Shown here in pieces: positions 22,028-35,400 of a stretch of 64,000 nt of DNA. Under the pieces are notes generated by a model. It did not search any database and was not told where the DNA came from. It was given only the letters and a program-made list of their open reading frames with translations. The position numbers and the translations under genes were made by a program. Positions within the stretch are counted from its first letter, which is position 1. Every line of letters starts with the position of its first letter. Where the stretch lies: the NCBI GenBank assembly GCA_965112155.1, contig OZ218100.1; one strand, written 5' to 3'. This DNA comes from Podarcis liolepis. Taxonomy: Eukaryota.

Positions 22028-25000
22028 CTGTGAGGACAAGGAAAAGTTTCAGCGCTGTTACTTAATGTGAAATTTCAGTAGTGGTACAGGTTTGTCTTCC
22101 TTAATATTTTATCTTCCACATCACCACCCCACTACTAATTGTACTTGCTTAGAAATGCAAGAGGGAGGAGAAAGAGTGGTTTTCCTATACAATTATTATT
22201 CAGAATATCTACATTAGCAAAGCTCAGTCGATATAGCATGAGACACTCTCAGGTTCATAGGTTCGAGCCTCACTGGGCAAAAGATTCCTGCGTTGCAGGG
22301 GGCTGAACTAGATGGCCCTTGTTGTCCCTTCCAACTCTACACTTTTATATATAAAGTAATATGAGAAAAGCTTTATTCCAATGAGGTGACAAAACTGCAG
22401 CATAAAACAAATCTAGTACAGTAAAATTTCAGTAACACACAACCAAAGTGTCAACTGGGAACACAGTCCAACAATATTATCTACAGATAGGTAGCCGTGT
22501 TGGTCTGCCATAGTCAAAATAAAAAAAATCCTTCCAGTAGCACCTTAAAGACCAACTAAGTTAGTTCTTGGTATGAGCTTTCGTGTGCATGCACACTTCT
22601 TCAGATACACTGAAACAGAAGTTGCCAGATCCTTCTATATAGTGAGAAGGTGGGGAGGGGTATTACTCAGAAGGGTGGTGGGAATGGGAGATTGGCAGAT
22701 AGCTGAGATGAGCCTGTTGACGACTCTTAACGACTGTAATAGGTCTTACAGGAAAAGGCAAGGGGTGAGAAGGTGAGAAATGGCTTAGTCATGTATAATG
22801 ACATGTATACAGTCGTTAAGAGTCGTCAACAGGCTCATCTCAGCTATCTGCCAATCTCCCATTCCCACCACCCTTCTGAGTAATACCCCTCCCCTCCTTC
22901 TCACTATATAGAAGGATCTGGCAACTTCTGTTTCAGTGTATCTGAAGAAGTGTGCATGCACACGAAAGCTCATACCAAGAACTAACTTAGTTGGTCTTTA
23001 AGGTGCTACTGGAAGGAATTTTTTTATTTTGAATATTATCTACAGTGACTCAGAAAGATTAAAAGTCCTTCCCAGCTCTACCTGGAGATGCCAGGGACAG
23101 AATTCAGAAGCTTTTGCATATTAAGTATATGTCATGCCACTTAGCTATAGCTTCTCCTCCCTTTTACAACGGAAGACTTTAAGACTTCAATAAGATGACT
23201 TTTAAACATTTTTATTCAAAACAAATACTCCAGGTACCTTATATTTCTCGTTATGTGGATTATTTTTCACATGTTGTTCTGCTGATATCTGATCTCCAAA
23301 AAATTCTTGGCACAGCTGACAGTAATATCCAGTGACCGGGATTAGAAATTCAGAACCTGAAATGCCGCCCAAAACAATCAATTACAGAAATAAGATAATA
23401 AGACACACTACAGATTTGAACAACAAAAAATCCAAACAAAACACTAAAAGTACACAAAAAAGCCCTACAATTGAAATGAGCCAGTTAACCATGGATTCCA
23501 CTTGAAACAAACTGATCTGAAGAATGGAAACCTACACTTGTTCAACAATTCTTATCACTGTATACAGTGGTACCTCGCAGGACGAATGCCTCGCAAGACA
23601 AAAAACTTGCTAGACGAAAGGTTTTTCCGTTTTCGAGTTGCCTCGCAAGACAAATTTCCCTATGGGCTTGCTTCGCAAGACGAAAACGTCTTGCGACTTT
23701 GTTTCCTTTTTCTTAAAACTGTTAAAACAAAGGGTGCTTAGCTTGAACAGCTACAGTTGCGACTTGACTTCGAGGAGCAACTGTTAGCACGTGGTTTTGC
23801 AGCCTTTTCTCAGACTTTGCTCACTTTTGAAGCTTTTCCAAAACTTTTCCAGAACTTCTCTTGCATCCATTTGGTAAGTTAAACTTTTAAAACTTTTTTT
23901 GGGGGGGGGGTTGGATTTTGGGTTGGGGTGTTTGGGATTCAAGGACTTGGTGTTGTGGGGGGTTTGCGATAATCTGGGAGCTTGTGGGCCTTTTTTGGGA
24001 ATTTTTATGATTTTCTGTGACCATTGGGCCAGTTTGTTTTTTTTTCAATTTTTTTTTCCCTGAGTTTGAATTTCTGAGTGCTGGCTGGCTGGGGGAACAG
24101 CTGGAGAGGTTTCTGCAGGAATCTGGGAGCTTGTGGGGCTGTTTTGGGAATTTTTATGATTTTCTGTGACCATTGGGCCACTCTGCTGTTTTTTTAAAAA
24201 AATCTGGATTTGAATTTCTGTGTGGTGGGTGGCTGGGGGAACAGTTGAGGAGGGGGTTCTTCAGCAAGAAGCAAAGAGTGGAAGAGGAGCCTTCTTCGAG
24301 TGGTCCCCCAGAGTCTTAGAAAATGTACTGTACACTTTGTTGATTTTTAAATGTTTTTCTGTCATGTTTATAAAGTTAATTTATTTTCCCTTCAATTTTT
24401 GAACTGCTCTTTACAGTATGTGTGACTTTAAAGAGCAGTTAATAAACTCTTGTTGTACCAAATTTGGCTTTGTTTGGACTTTTTTTGACCATAGGAACGC
24501 ATTAATTGATTTTCAATGCATTCCTATGGGATTTCGTGATTCGCAAGACGAAAAATTCGCTAGACGACAAAACTTGCGGAACGAATTAATTTCGTCTTGC
24601 GGGGCACCACTGTACTTTGTTTATCATTCAAATACAAAATTATGTTGCATTTCAATCCCCCACTAATTCAGTAACAGAGCAATTCATGCAAACAAAATAG
24701 CTGTCAGACATTTACTTGGAAGTGACAGTCTTTTGTTGACACTAATAAGACAAAACATTTCTTGGCAGTAAGGTGAACAATCTGGCCCTCCTAAGCACCA
24801 CTTAAACTATAAAAAGCAACTTACCTTTAGCAGGAACTGGTATCTTGTCAATGCGTTTTGTAAGGTCTTGCTTTGTTTCAGTTTGAGTCTTCAAATCCCA
24901 AGGTCTGTTATATGGATCCAAGGTCTATTTACAATGACAAAAGAAATATTAAAATGAGGTCTGCTTTCCTGCCAAATGCTAAAAGCACTGAGGAAAAACA

Positions 25001-28000
25001 GAACTATACATACCAAGTGGGCATGTACTGAACTGTCTCACTCAAAATGAAGCTGGGATTCAAATAGTTACCCTCAGACATTGAATATGTAAGAAAATAT
25101 AAAAGTTGTTCTGTTTGATGTTTAAAATATTGGTATCTTAATTGTGGGTTCAAAAAAACAGAGGGCGTCTTATACATGAAAAAATATAGTAAGTGACAAA
25201 CCATACCAAAAAGATTAGGAATAAGAACTTATTCCAAACTATTTTCTAAAAGGACAGTTGATTGGCATGTAGTTCTTTGCTTTCTACAAAACATTATTTT
25301 ACAACTTGGAAGAGCAAATTAAAACTACTTAATGAAAACCTGATAGCACACACCTGCCTGTGCTTCTTATTATGCATATGTGTGAAGAAATCAAACATGG
25401 TCCCACAGATGGTATTGCAGTCCTTGCACCAGTGGTTTCCTGTGTCATAATAGTCATAAATATTGGTTTCCTGGGAATGCTGTTTGGATGGCTGAAAATG
25501 AGGTTCTGTAGACTTGGGGCTCCTGCACCCAGGTTTGTCATTAGTTTTTAAATCCTAAATTGGAAAAAAATGAAATATTACTAACTGTGGAATGACAGCC
25601 AGTGCCTCAAAACTAGCCTTTAGTAGAAACCACACAAAATATACATAGATGTAACTATATATCACCTGCTTGTCAATGCCCAGGATAATTCCACCATTTC
25701 AGTGAGCAGGCACTGCCGACTCAGATGTTGTTCAGTCAACAGGAAAGAACTTCCAACGAGACTCAAGCATGTTGCCAAGGTTGCAGGTACTAAGCAATCA
25801 AGGGATGACATCCCATGGAGTACACGGTGCATGTGTGCAGTATGCATACTTAAGTACAAAATACTTAAGTACAAAATACCCAGCAACTCCCAATGAATTT
25901 GTAAATTCTCAAAAACACTTAAAAGTCTTTGAAAAAGCCAGGCACTTTGCATACTCTCTCTATATGAAACGAAATAAAACAAACACACACTTCTTCAGAT
26001 ACACGAAAGCTCATACCAATAACCAACCTAGTTGGGTCTCTAAGGTGCTACTGGAAGGAATTTATTTATTTATTTATTTTGTTTTGTTTCGACTATGGCA
26101 GACCAACACGGCTACCTACCTGCAACTACTTTATATGATGCACTCTATATTGTGGCAAAACACAAGTGCTCAGGTTATAAGGTTCTAAGCTGTCAATGAA
26201 GAAAGCTTGCAGCAGAAGAATCTGGTCTGTCTCAAATCTTGAATTACTGACTCTGCTATTGCATTTAACATACATGAGAAATGGTGTCTATTATGTCATG
26301 CTGTTTGACTCTTTGATCCCCTAGAGTATAATATACGTGATAAAACTATTTAAAAGTCCACATCCCTAGGAAAGCCTCCCTAAACGAGTTGTAAAGAGTT
26401 GCAGGGGAAACATAAATTGCTCTTCCAACCTATTGTAAGAACTGACTGGATCACGAGACCAGAGTACCAACATAAGACCCTTGTATTCCAATCAATATAT
26501 TGTAGTTTTTTCTTCCAAAAATGTTTGTCAGTCAGTGAAGAAAAGCATTATGTTTAATGTTGTGTGCTCATATCCTCTCGCTCCCTTCTTTGAGAATCAT
26601 AAAGAATGTTTTGGCACTATATAGACATCCCCCTCCTCTTCCACTGATCTGCTTGCTCCCACAAATAATGGGCTGTGAGCTCTAACAACTGATTTGTCTT
26701 TATATGATTATAAGAGCAGCTATGCTGGGATGAAGCCCATCTAGTCTAGCATTCTGTCTGTGGGAAGCCTACAAGCAGGGTCTAGTCGGCAAAGCAGACT
26801 TAAGGAGATCACATATCCAGTGTTTTCCATAGTGTTTCACTTTCAGAAGAGCTAGGAAATTTCTCCCTCATAGTTTCCAAGTTAATGAGTAGCAGAAGGG
26901 AAAATCCATCCTGATGCAAGCAGGCTGTTAGGTTTTGGAAGGCAACCCAAATTAGAATTGCATTCCCACTCAATTTTCTTGGGGGTTTTCCTGTCATTTT
27001 TGCAGAGACTGTGTCACTCCACACTTGTGATCAAGAAGAAAAAACATGCATGTCTCCTTCCCGAATAATTATCAGATTCTTTTCATCAAACCAGAAAATG
27101 CCACAATGATTTCTTCCCTTTTTAAAATGTTTATTAAAGAAAATAAGGCTATTGCAGGAGCATAAAAACCTGCCTGAGGTAGAGAATTTCAAGTCAAAAG
27201 GTAATCATAGCAAGTCAAAAGGTAATCATAGCATTATTTAAGACAGAAAAAAACAGGAATGAATCATATTCAGCACCACATAGACTTCTCTCTTTATGCA
27301 CTTCCTCAGGCTGAAGGGGAGAAAAAAAATCAACATTATATTATGGGTGTTGTGTTTTTAGCAATTTCTATTAATTCCATTTATGTAAGTTTTTCAAAAC
27401 TGGACCACACAGAAAGCTATTTGAAATTAAAATTACAAACGCCATGAAATAATCAACATTCATGGTCCTTCAGAAACTACCTGATAACTTGTGCATAAAC
27501 ATTCTGGTTTTTTTCTACTCTGCAGAATGTCATCAGATTATTCTAACACCAGCCACCTCTTAAAATCATTCCCTCCACTCCTGGACCAGTGGAAAGGATT
27601 CAGGAAAGACTATTACCTCCCTGTCTTAGGCCTTTCTATCACCAACTTCCCTGTGGGAAGGATCTTGATTATTTTTTCTATGTTGATATTGTTTATTGTA
27701 TTTTTTATGAATTTAATGTTACTTTTAAGTCACATGGTAAGAATGTGTGACCCCCAAAGTCAGGATACTACTAATAAATAAAAATTATGTCAAACACAAG
27801 TGACAGCTTAACAAAGTTTGAACTTAATATGTAAGAAGAGGGTGGCAAGAAATTCTTCCAAACACCCTGTTTTTACCAAAAGTGAGAACATCAGTTAGAA
27901 TCAGCACTTAGAATTTTTACCTTGACTGAGTTGGAAGTTCTCTCCTGACCTTTTGCATTTTCTGACTTGTTTTTTTCTGATGAGTCCTTATTTTCTGAAG

Positions 28001-31000
28001 ATTGCTTCCGGGACTTCTCAAATATATTAATGCCCAGGATCTGAGCTACTTTGTCAAGCTCAGATTGTTTCTTCTCTGCAGCCTCTGCATGTAACTTCAG
28101 CTGAGAAATCTCTTTCATGATGTTGTCCTGTAGTTTGTTCACTTCTATTAGCAAAGGGTCTTTGTGTCCATCCTTCTCCCTACGTTTCTTCCGCAGCATC
28201 TCCCCTGAGTCGGTCCAAGTAGTGGAGTAGGAAGCATAAGAAAATCATGTTAACACATGCAAAATTATTTTGTGTGCCTAAAGGTGTCCCACACCATTCT
28301 GTTGGGCCCAAATGCCAGAAAGTTCTGTCCACATTACTGAATGCAGAACTGGCAATAATCAATACAGGATCCACAATAATTAATTCCTGTTTAGGATAAT
28401 ATTTAGGGGTGCCTAAATTAGTAGAAGTAAAAATAATCCTACACTTGGTATCACCACTATAGAGCATCACAGGGAAAAATGAGGCATAAAATGAGAGAAA
28501 GCAGTACCTTGCTGTTTTGAAAGTCGTTCTAATTCAGTCTTGAGATAGTGCAGTTTCTTCTGTCGTGCTTCCTGTTCAGACCTCAACTTCTCTCTTTCCT
28601 CCATTACCTAGAAAGTTAATGAAGGAAACAAAGGTATAAAAATACCCTCTTTCATGGACCAGTCAAAGAAATACTGCAAAGACCACTGGGATGACTCCCA
28701 CTGCTTTTTCTTGAATTTGAGAAATTCCAATAATCATGTTAAAGTAGCCTTGTGGATTAGTATCTGATGCAAATGCATCTCTGCTCAGAGGTTGCAGCTC
28801 ATTTATTCTATGCTGTATCTATGTTGATTTTTCAATCAAAATAAAAGTTTAATAATTAAGTAACTTTTGCTTTTCTCTCAACTACAGAGGAAGTTCTTTG
28901 AAATGAGTGAAGGGGCTGCAGATGGAAAAAAAGAATCATACACACCCCTTCCTGCTCACAGAAGCCTCCAGTCTGAAAGAATGTTCTGTCAAAGGAGGGC
29001 CACAACTGGATGTTTAATTAAAATTAAGCACGCTTAAGCCCACTGAAATCAATGGGCTGCAGCACATACTAACTGTTGGAACGTAGCCATAATCTACTGC
29101 AATGTAATAATATTAAGCATCCATTTTTGGAAATATTTGCCTGTTTTCCTGGTGAATTTAGTCTTGTACTAGTTACTATTCTAGAATCTTATTATTTAGT
29201 AGATGTTTCTCTTCACTCCTAAATGAAGACACCAAATGCACAAATGCAACTGAATATAAAAAGAAAACCTAAGAGAGATTTTTATGAGAACCTTGCTAAT
29301 TTGGGATATTTCACAGGACTGTAATCTGTTTCACTTTGTTTCAAGAATTTTAAATGCTACTTGAAACACACTAAGAAACTCAACTCAGTAATAAGATGTG
29401 TCCTTGTTTCAAGTGTTTATAAGGCATCTCCTGCCACAGATTAACTGAACAGTCAAATATTTTTAAACACTGGAGGCACATTCTATTCCAAAAATAGAAA
29501 TCAAGATTGAAAAATAAACACAGATACTCAGCCTTCTGATGCCTTTAGATTGTGTGTTGTAAGAAACAAAATTATCAACATCATTAAAAATACTCACCTT
29601 TAGCTTCTGAGAAGCCCGATTTCTTTCATCGGATATTCTTTCTTTAACACTTTTAAAAGGCTGAGAAAACTGAGGGGATAATTTTGAGTAAGTTGTAGCA
29701 CTAGGGATTTGTACAAGCACAGAGTCATCTCTCTTGGTATCGGGAGTCCCTTTGCCTGTGGAAACCGTCTCAATAACTCGGAGGTTGGGTCGCGTGGGAT
29801 TTGGTGGTACTGTCAGTGTGACAAGCCCATGTACATCTGAAAGTGTGGGGTCAGCCTGCTGAGGAGCACCATACATGGGCCAGCCAGATGCTGCATATGC
29901 CATATAGTGTCCATACGCATCATAACCAGGAGGGGGCACTGTGGGAGATGGATAGTTTTGTGGCAGTTGAGTTGCAGTGAATGGTGAAAAACGAGAAACT
30001 CTATACTGGGAAACCGAAGTGGAAGTAGAAGACAAATTAGGAAGAGGTGGAGCCGACGGCATTAGAGATATTGGGGGAACAGACTGTTCTGGTATAGGAG
30101 TGGGATTATTTTGCCCTACAGTTATGCTTTCTGTGTGCTCAGAATTTGAAATAGAGGGTATATCTTTAGATGGCGGGAAAGAACCAGAGGGAGAGAGAGA
30201 GTGATGCTGCCTTGATTCTGGAGAATGAGTGTCACTACGACTGCGACGCCTCTCCCTAGATTCCAATTTATGAGACGTTATTGAACGACGATCAGGAGAA
30301 CAAGATGCTTTCTTCCCATGGAGTCGTTCCTGAGTGCGGGCAGCAAGCTTACCAATTTCAGCTACCCCAATGTCAAGACCAATAGTTTTGAGCAAGTCAT
30401 GAATTTTCTCATACTCTGGTCTGGATTTTCCAGGTTTTACAGAGGGATTAGCAGGAGGTGGAGAACTTTCTTTCAGGCTTTCCAGTTCTTTAACAACACT
30501 AAGTGTTGGCTTTAGAGTAGCAGGGGAATTAATGCTAGAGTCATCTTCATCATCGCCATAAAGAAACTTCTCTTCATCCTCAATGTCAGGAAAGCCACGC
30601 CTTCTCTTTTCCTGAGCACTGGTAGAATCTGCCATCATACCAAGAATGCGTGAAAAGCCACTCCCATCCTGGCTGGCTCTTTCATGAGGAAGTAAGAAGT
30701 CATTGTGCCGGTCTTCAGGCTCTGATATGGACTCATGATAGTCTTTCTGTTTCAAAAAACTGCCGAAATTCTGTTCAAAGGGGGAAGTGTTTTGCTGTTG
30801 GCCAGAATTTAGTTTCCAATTATGCACACTCCCTTGAGACTCTTTATTTGTAGATTCTGCAACTGCACTTTTGTTGAACTGTTTAAGGAAATTCTCCACC
30901 TCAGATGAAAAAGGAGCAATGCTGCTATGCTTCTGCGAAGGAGGATGATCTGTAATAAGGGGAGGCTCTTTGACAGAGGCAGAACTGCTGGAAAAGACTT

Positions 31001-32440
31001 CAGGCTAAAAGAAAAAAGAAATAATTGTCATTTGTGAATACATTCAGTGATAACCAATAAAACAGAACAAAACTTTGATACACCAGGATCGTAGCCAGTG
31101 GTTTAGAACAGTAACAGTCAACCGTAGGAAGGTGTGAAAGAGACACAGCAGTTCCTAAATATGCTGTTATTTTGGCATTTAAGATTCCACAACAGCAAGG
31201 GTGACCTGGGTATTGTTCTGAGGGTATCTACTCCAGAGATTAAGTAAAATAAGATTTATTAAAAAGCAGCAAAGTGTAACTGACAGTTTAGTAAGGAGAG
31301 AAAAAAATATAGGCCAAACCTGCACAGAAGGATTGTCCACACGTTTCTTCAAGATGGACTTTTTGGGCATTGCTGGTGCTTCATCCGGTCTATAGAGATA
31401 CCGAGGTTCAGAAGACTGCAGTGGGTTGCTCCTGTCAGGGATCATATAACCATGTCCAGGCAATTCTCGACTCAAATTTCTGCTCAGCTCCTCTTCTCTT
31501 TTTCTCCTAGCACTTTCAAGCTCGCGGAAATCCAGATATGGTGGGCTTGGGCTCCTACTAGGACTTCGCTTACGATAGTTTCGTGTCCCTGGCAGGAAAC
31601 CCTGAGGCTCTATGCTCATGTCAATTAGTCTGTCGTCTCTGTCATATCGAGGACGTTTGGGCTCTCGCCCTCTATCCTCTGATGAATATGAGGACTTCCT
31701 AAGTAGTACACCATCCCTATCAGTTTCCCTTGGGAGAGCCTGTAGATGGTCATAGTTCATGCTATAGTCTGATTGGTGGAGGAAAACATCCCTACTGTGA
31801 GAGTCCTCATTATGTCTCATACTGAAAGGACTAGAAGCATGTTCCTCACAGGAGGGATATCGCTCAAGGCTTCGAGGACGTGAAAGGCCTCTGCTAAATA
31901 TTGGACCATCGGCCAAGTCATCCCTGATAAGAGAGGCACATAAGTTACAACAAAGTCAGGAACTTGGAACAGCATCCCCTGAACTCAGAGAGGCGTAAAA
32001 TGCATGATTCATGCTTTGAAGCTAAGATGGCTGGTTCTGGAGATGCTGCATATTAAGCAATACCTTCACCACTCATTTTAGAGGTCTTGATATTTATGAC
32101 CATGAGACATGCAACATAAACAGAGGAGAGCCAAGACCCGAGAGCACCTTGTTTCATGAGTGAAATTTTGCCCACAGAATTCTGGATCCAACCAAGTATC
32201 TTTATTTTAAGCATTAGCCTGGCAGCCAAAGGCAACAACGGGCTGCATGCAGGTGAGTGAGTAGGCTGGCAGAGGGACAGAGCGTTCTGCTACTTCTGAG
32301 CCCAACAGAGAAACCCAGAGGCTGCCAGAGGAGGAAAGCCTCCTCCTCTTGGCCCAGCACAGAAACACAGTGCTCTGTCCCTCCTTTGACCTGCAGGCTA
32401 GTAATTTTTGTAAGATTATTTCATTCATATATATATACAC

Positions 32441-32490
<50 letters not shown>

Positions 32491-35400
32491 TAATTGTTTT
32501 ACTTAAGTTTGTACTACATACATTACAATTCATTCATTCTTATGTCTGACTGACCATCCAGGGAAGCAATAACTTCATCAGGATGGAAATAGGAGAAGTG
32601 AGCAACATAATATTACTTAGAAGTATTTTTACACCATGGCTATTATGATTCCTCCATCATCAGCAACAATATTATAGAAGAAAACATAAGCATTTTCCCT
32701 GCTAGTATTTTCAAAACCTGCTTTCTGAGATTCCCCCCCCCCCATGCACCCAGCATTTAGAAGACAAAATATCACTGTCCTTAACAGTTCAAAGATTTTT
32801 CAAGAAAAACAGTGAAGTTTATATAATATATGCATGTAATGTAATTTGTGAATGAACAGTGAAATGTGGTTTTGCCGATTTCTTGTGCTTTGACATTATG
32901 AGCAGCTCATCACACAAACTGCTCAAATAATCAGACCAAAGTGTCCCAACCTCAAATATGAACTTTAAAACAGAACAGCAATGCCACTTTGACAGGAGCA
33001 AATAATACAGAATTACATTCTAAGGTCTTTCACAATCTATTGTGTACATCTGCAACCAAAAGGTAGTTAGTTCCCAGGAGAATAAGGTAGATAATGGCAA
33101 ATGGGACTCAACTCAGTTATCCAACACAGTGCTCTGGTTTAGCTATAGCACTTAAGCCACTATAGACCCAATTACACCTAAAACAAGTCCATAGGATCAG
33201 GATATCAATTGGAAGAGAGTTTCAATCAAAACTATGTTTGTTACCAAGATTAAGTTGCCACTCTGAACTAGCTACAAACAATGGACAGTGCAAGTATCCT
33301 ATATACAAAAAGTGAATTCAATTCTCCAGTACAGAAATTTACTTAAGTCAAAAGAGCAGCACTGATGCACATGAGGCAATTGTCAGCAGGCTCAGGAAAA
33401 CCTCAAGATTTGTAGAATTACACAAAAGACTTAAGGCAAAAGAATCCAAATGACAATTGAGTATATCCTGTAGACCAGGGATGTCCAACCGGTCGACCGC
33501 AATCAACTTGTTGATCCCCATGAGGTTTGAGTTGATCATGGTCAATTTTTCCTTTTGGGGGGGGGGGAATAGGACCTGGACCCGGCGCCTCCATTTGCGC
33601 ATGATCGCTAGAATAGAAGACGGAGTTTTCACTGTGAGGCTTTTTGTTTCCTGATCAATCTTTTGGTGAGTGATTTTTCCATTTCCCCCCAAAATAAAGC
33701 TCAACAACTTTGACTTTCCTCCCCAAAAGAAGCTCAACAACTTTGACCTGAACCCCGGAAGGTCATATTTTTTTTCTGTGAGTAGATCGCAGTCTCTTGG
33801 GAGTTGGACATCCCTGCTGTAGACAACAAATACTGACTCACTGTTAAGGGGCATGGACAGAAGGAAGATCCTGAAAGCAAGTATAGACAACTAGCACCCT
33901 AAGCATGGGCACTCAACTACAGATCCAACTTACGCCATCCTTGTTCTTATGACTTTGCTGTTACTTTTTATGTCTCAAAGACTCTTCCGTTTCACAAGAA
34001 ATATCAGAAAAATAAAGAAAATGAAAGCAGTTTCACCCTAGAAATAGTACTTCCCCCAAGAAGCACTAATTAGTAAATTTACTAAATGGGTGCTTAATTC
34101 TCTCTTGAACTTTGATTCATTTTCAGAAAGCAAATATTTCAGTTCCGTATTTGCTGTTATTGTTAACCTCTTAGATCAGAGTCTACTAAAAATAAAGTGA
34201 GCAGAAAAAAACAGGTAGTACTGTAGATTGAACAATTAAAAATCCTCATGATTTCAATTAAGGAAAAATGATTAAAAACCAGCTTTGTACTTTTTTGCCC
34301 ATCTCCCACCATTCTTCTTCAGAAAGGGTTGTGTGAAATTATCTGCATGCACCACACTCCTCAGATGCAAACATATTTTCAAAACCTCTCGTAATACTAT
34401 CATTGATGCTAGCAGAAGAACGCTGTTTTAAATCTATTGTTTCCCACTCTGTGGGCAATATTGTATACATTCGGCAAGAGTGGTATTCCGAAAGCTTGTC
34501 CTGGGTGTTTACTAAATATTCATACCAACGAGGCCCTGCTAAAGTGATGTTTGGTGTGAAGAGTGCACAAACATACACCAAAGGGCCACAATTCACACTA
34601 CATGTCCTACATATAGAGGAGGCGCATAAATAAATTCCCCCCCATCCTATATAGCACTACATGTGAACAAGCACTCAGCAATTTCTTATAATTACAATCT
34701 CACTAAACTGTAAATGGTCCACTCCTTCTCCAAAGCTTATTTACAATTCCTGGATCAAAGCAACTTTATTTTCTGCCACTGCAATCAACGTTGTAGTAAA
34801 CTCTGAAGGATTACATTATAGGTTAACTGTCTCTAAATGATTCCTCCCCTATATGCAAGTAAAATAATTAGTCATTTCCCACTCTTAATAATGCAGTGTC
34901 TGCCTTCACAAAAGCCAGCATGACAGGAAGGAGAAAAAGTATTCATCAGATTTCATAAAAGACACTCTCCTATTTATTTATATATACTGGGAATAAAGTA
35001 CCCAGAAAAACTTTACCAGCACTGCTACCACCATTCAGCAGGGAAGAACAAAATTTAAATGTACCCCTCCAGTCAAATGAGCTAATTAAAAAATAAAAAT
35101 AAATTATGCTTCACAAGATTCTAACATAAAAACTTTATCCACAGTAGTTCACCACTGAAATAAATTCTCATAAAAACTCAAGTGTTGATCTAGTGAGAAT
35201 CTTATGTTGCCTTCAGCCAACTAGCTGTTTAACTTCCTAATCTATGTTTTTTTATCTTCAACTTTATCCCTTTCTAATTTATGGGCATTTATAATATATT
35301 CCATCACTATCAACAACATGGTTAACATTACAGCAACAACAATCATACATTCATATTATTCCTGTACTTGTATGCATGCAGTTCTTCAGAATCTAATCTT

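Larger units (their letters stand above)
22487..23031 (-). mobile_element. Penelope-like element remnant with inverted-repeat (palindromic) structure
   Basis: 225-bp arms at 22514-22738 and 22808-23032 are near-perfect reverse complements; 14-bp direct repeat AATATTATCTACAG at 22473-22486 and 23032-23045; Penelope-type end CAGACCAACACGGCTACC on the - strand; hammerhead motif in each arm. Confidence 0.85.

Noticed and set aside
17418-22065. Multiple + strand ORFs up to 211 aa
   Set aside because: Antisense shadows of the long, low-complexity ZNF318 exon 10
22573-22973. Duplicated small genes (two ORFs starting MSFRVHAHFFRY on opposite strands)
   Set aside because: By-product of the Penelope inverted repeat; no coding evidence
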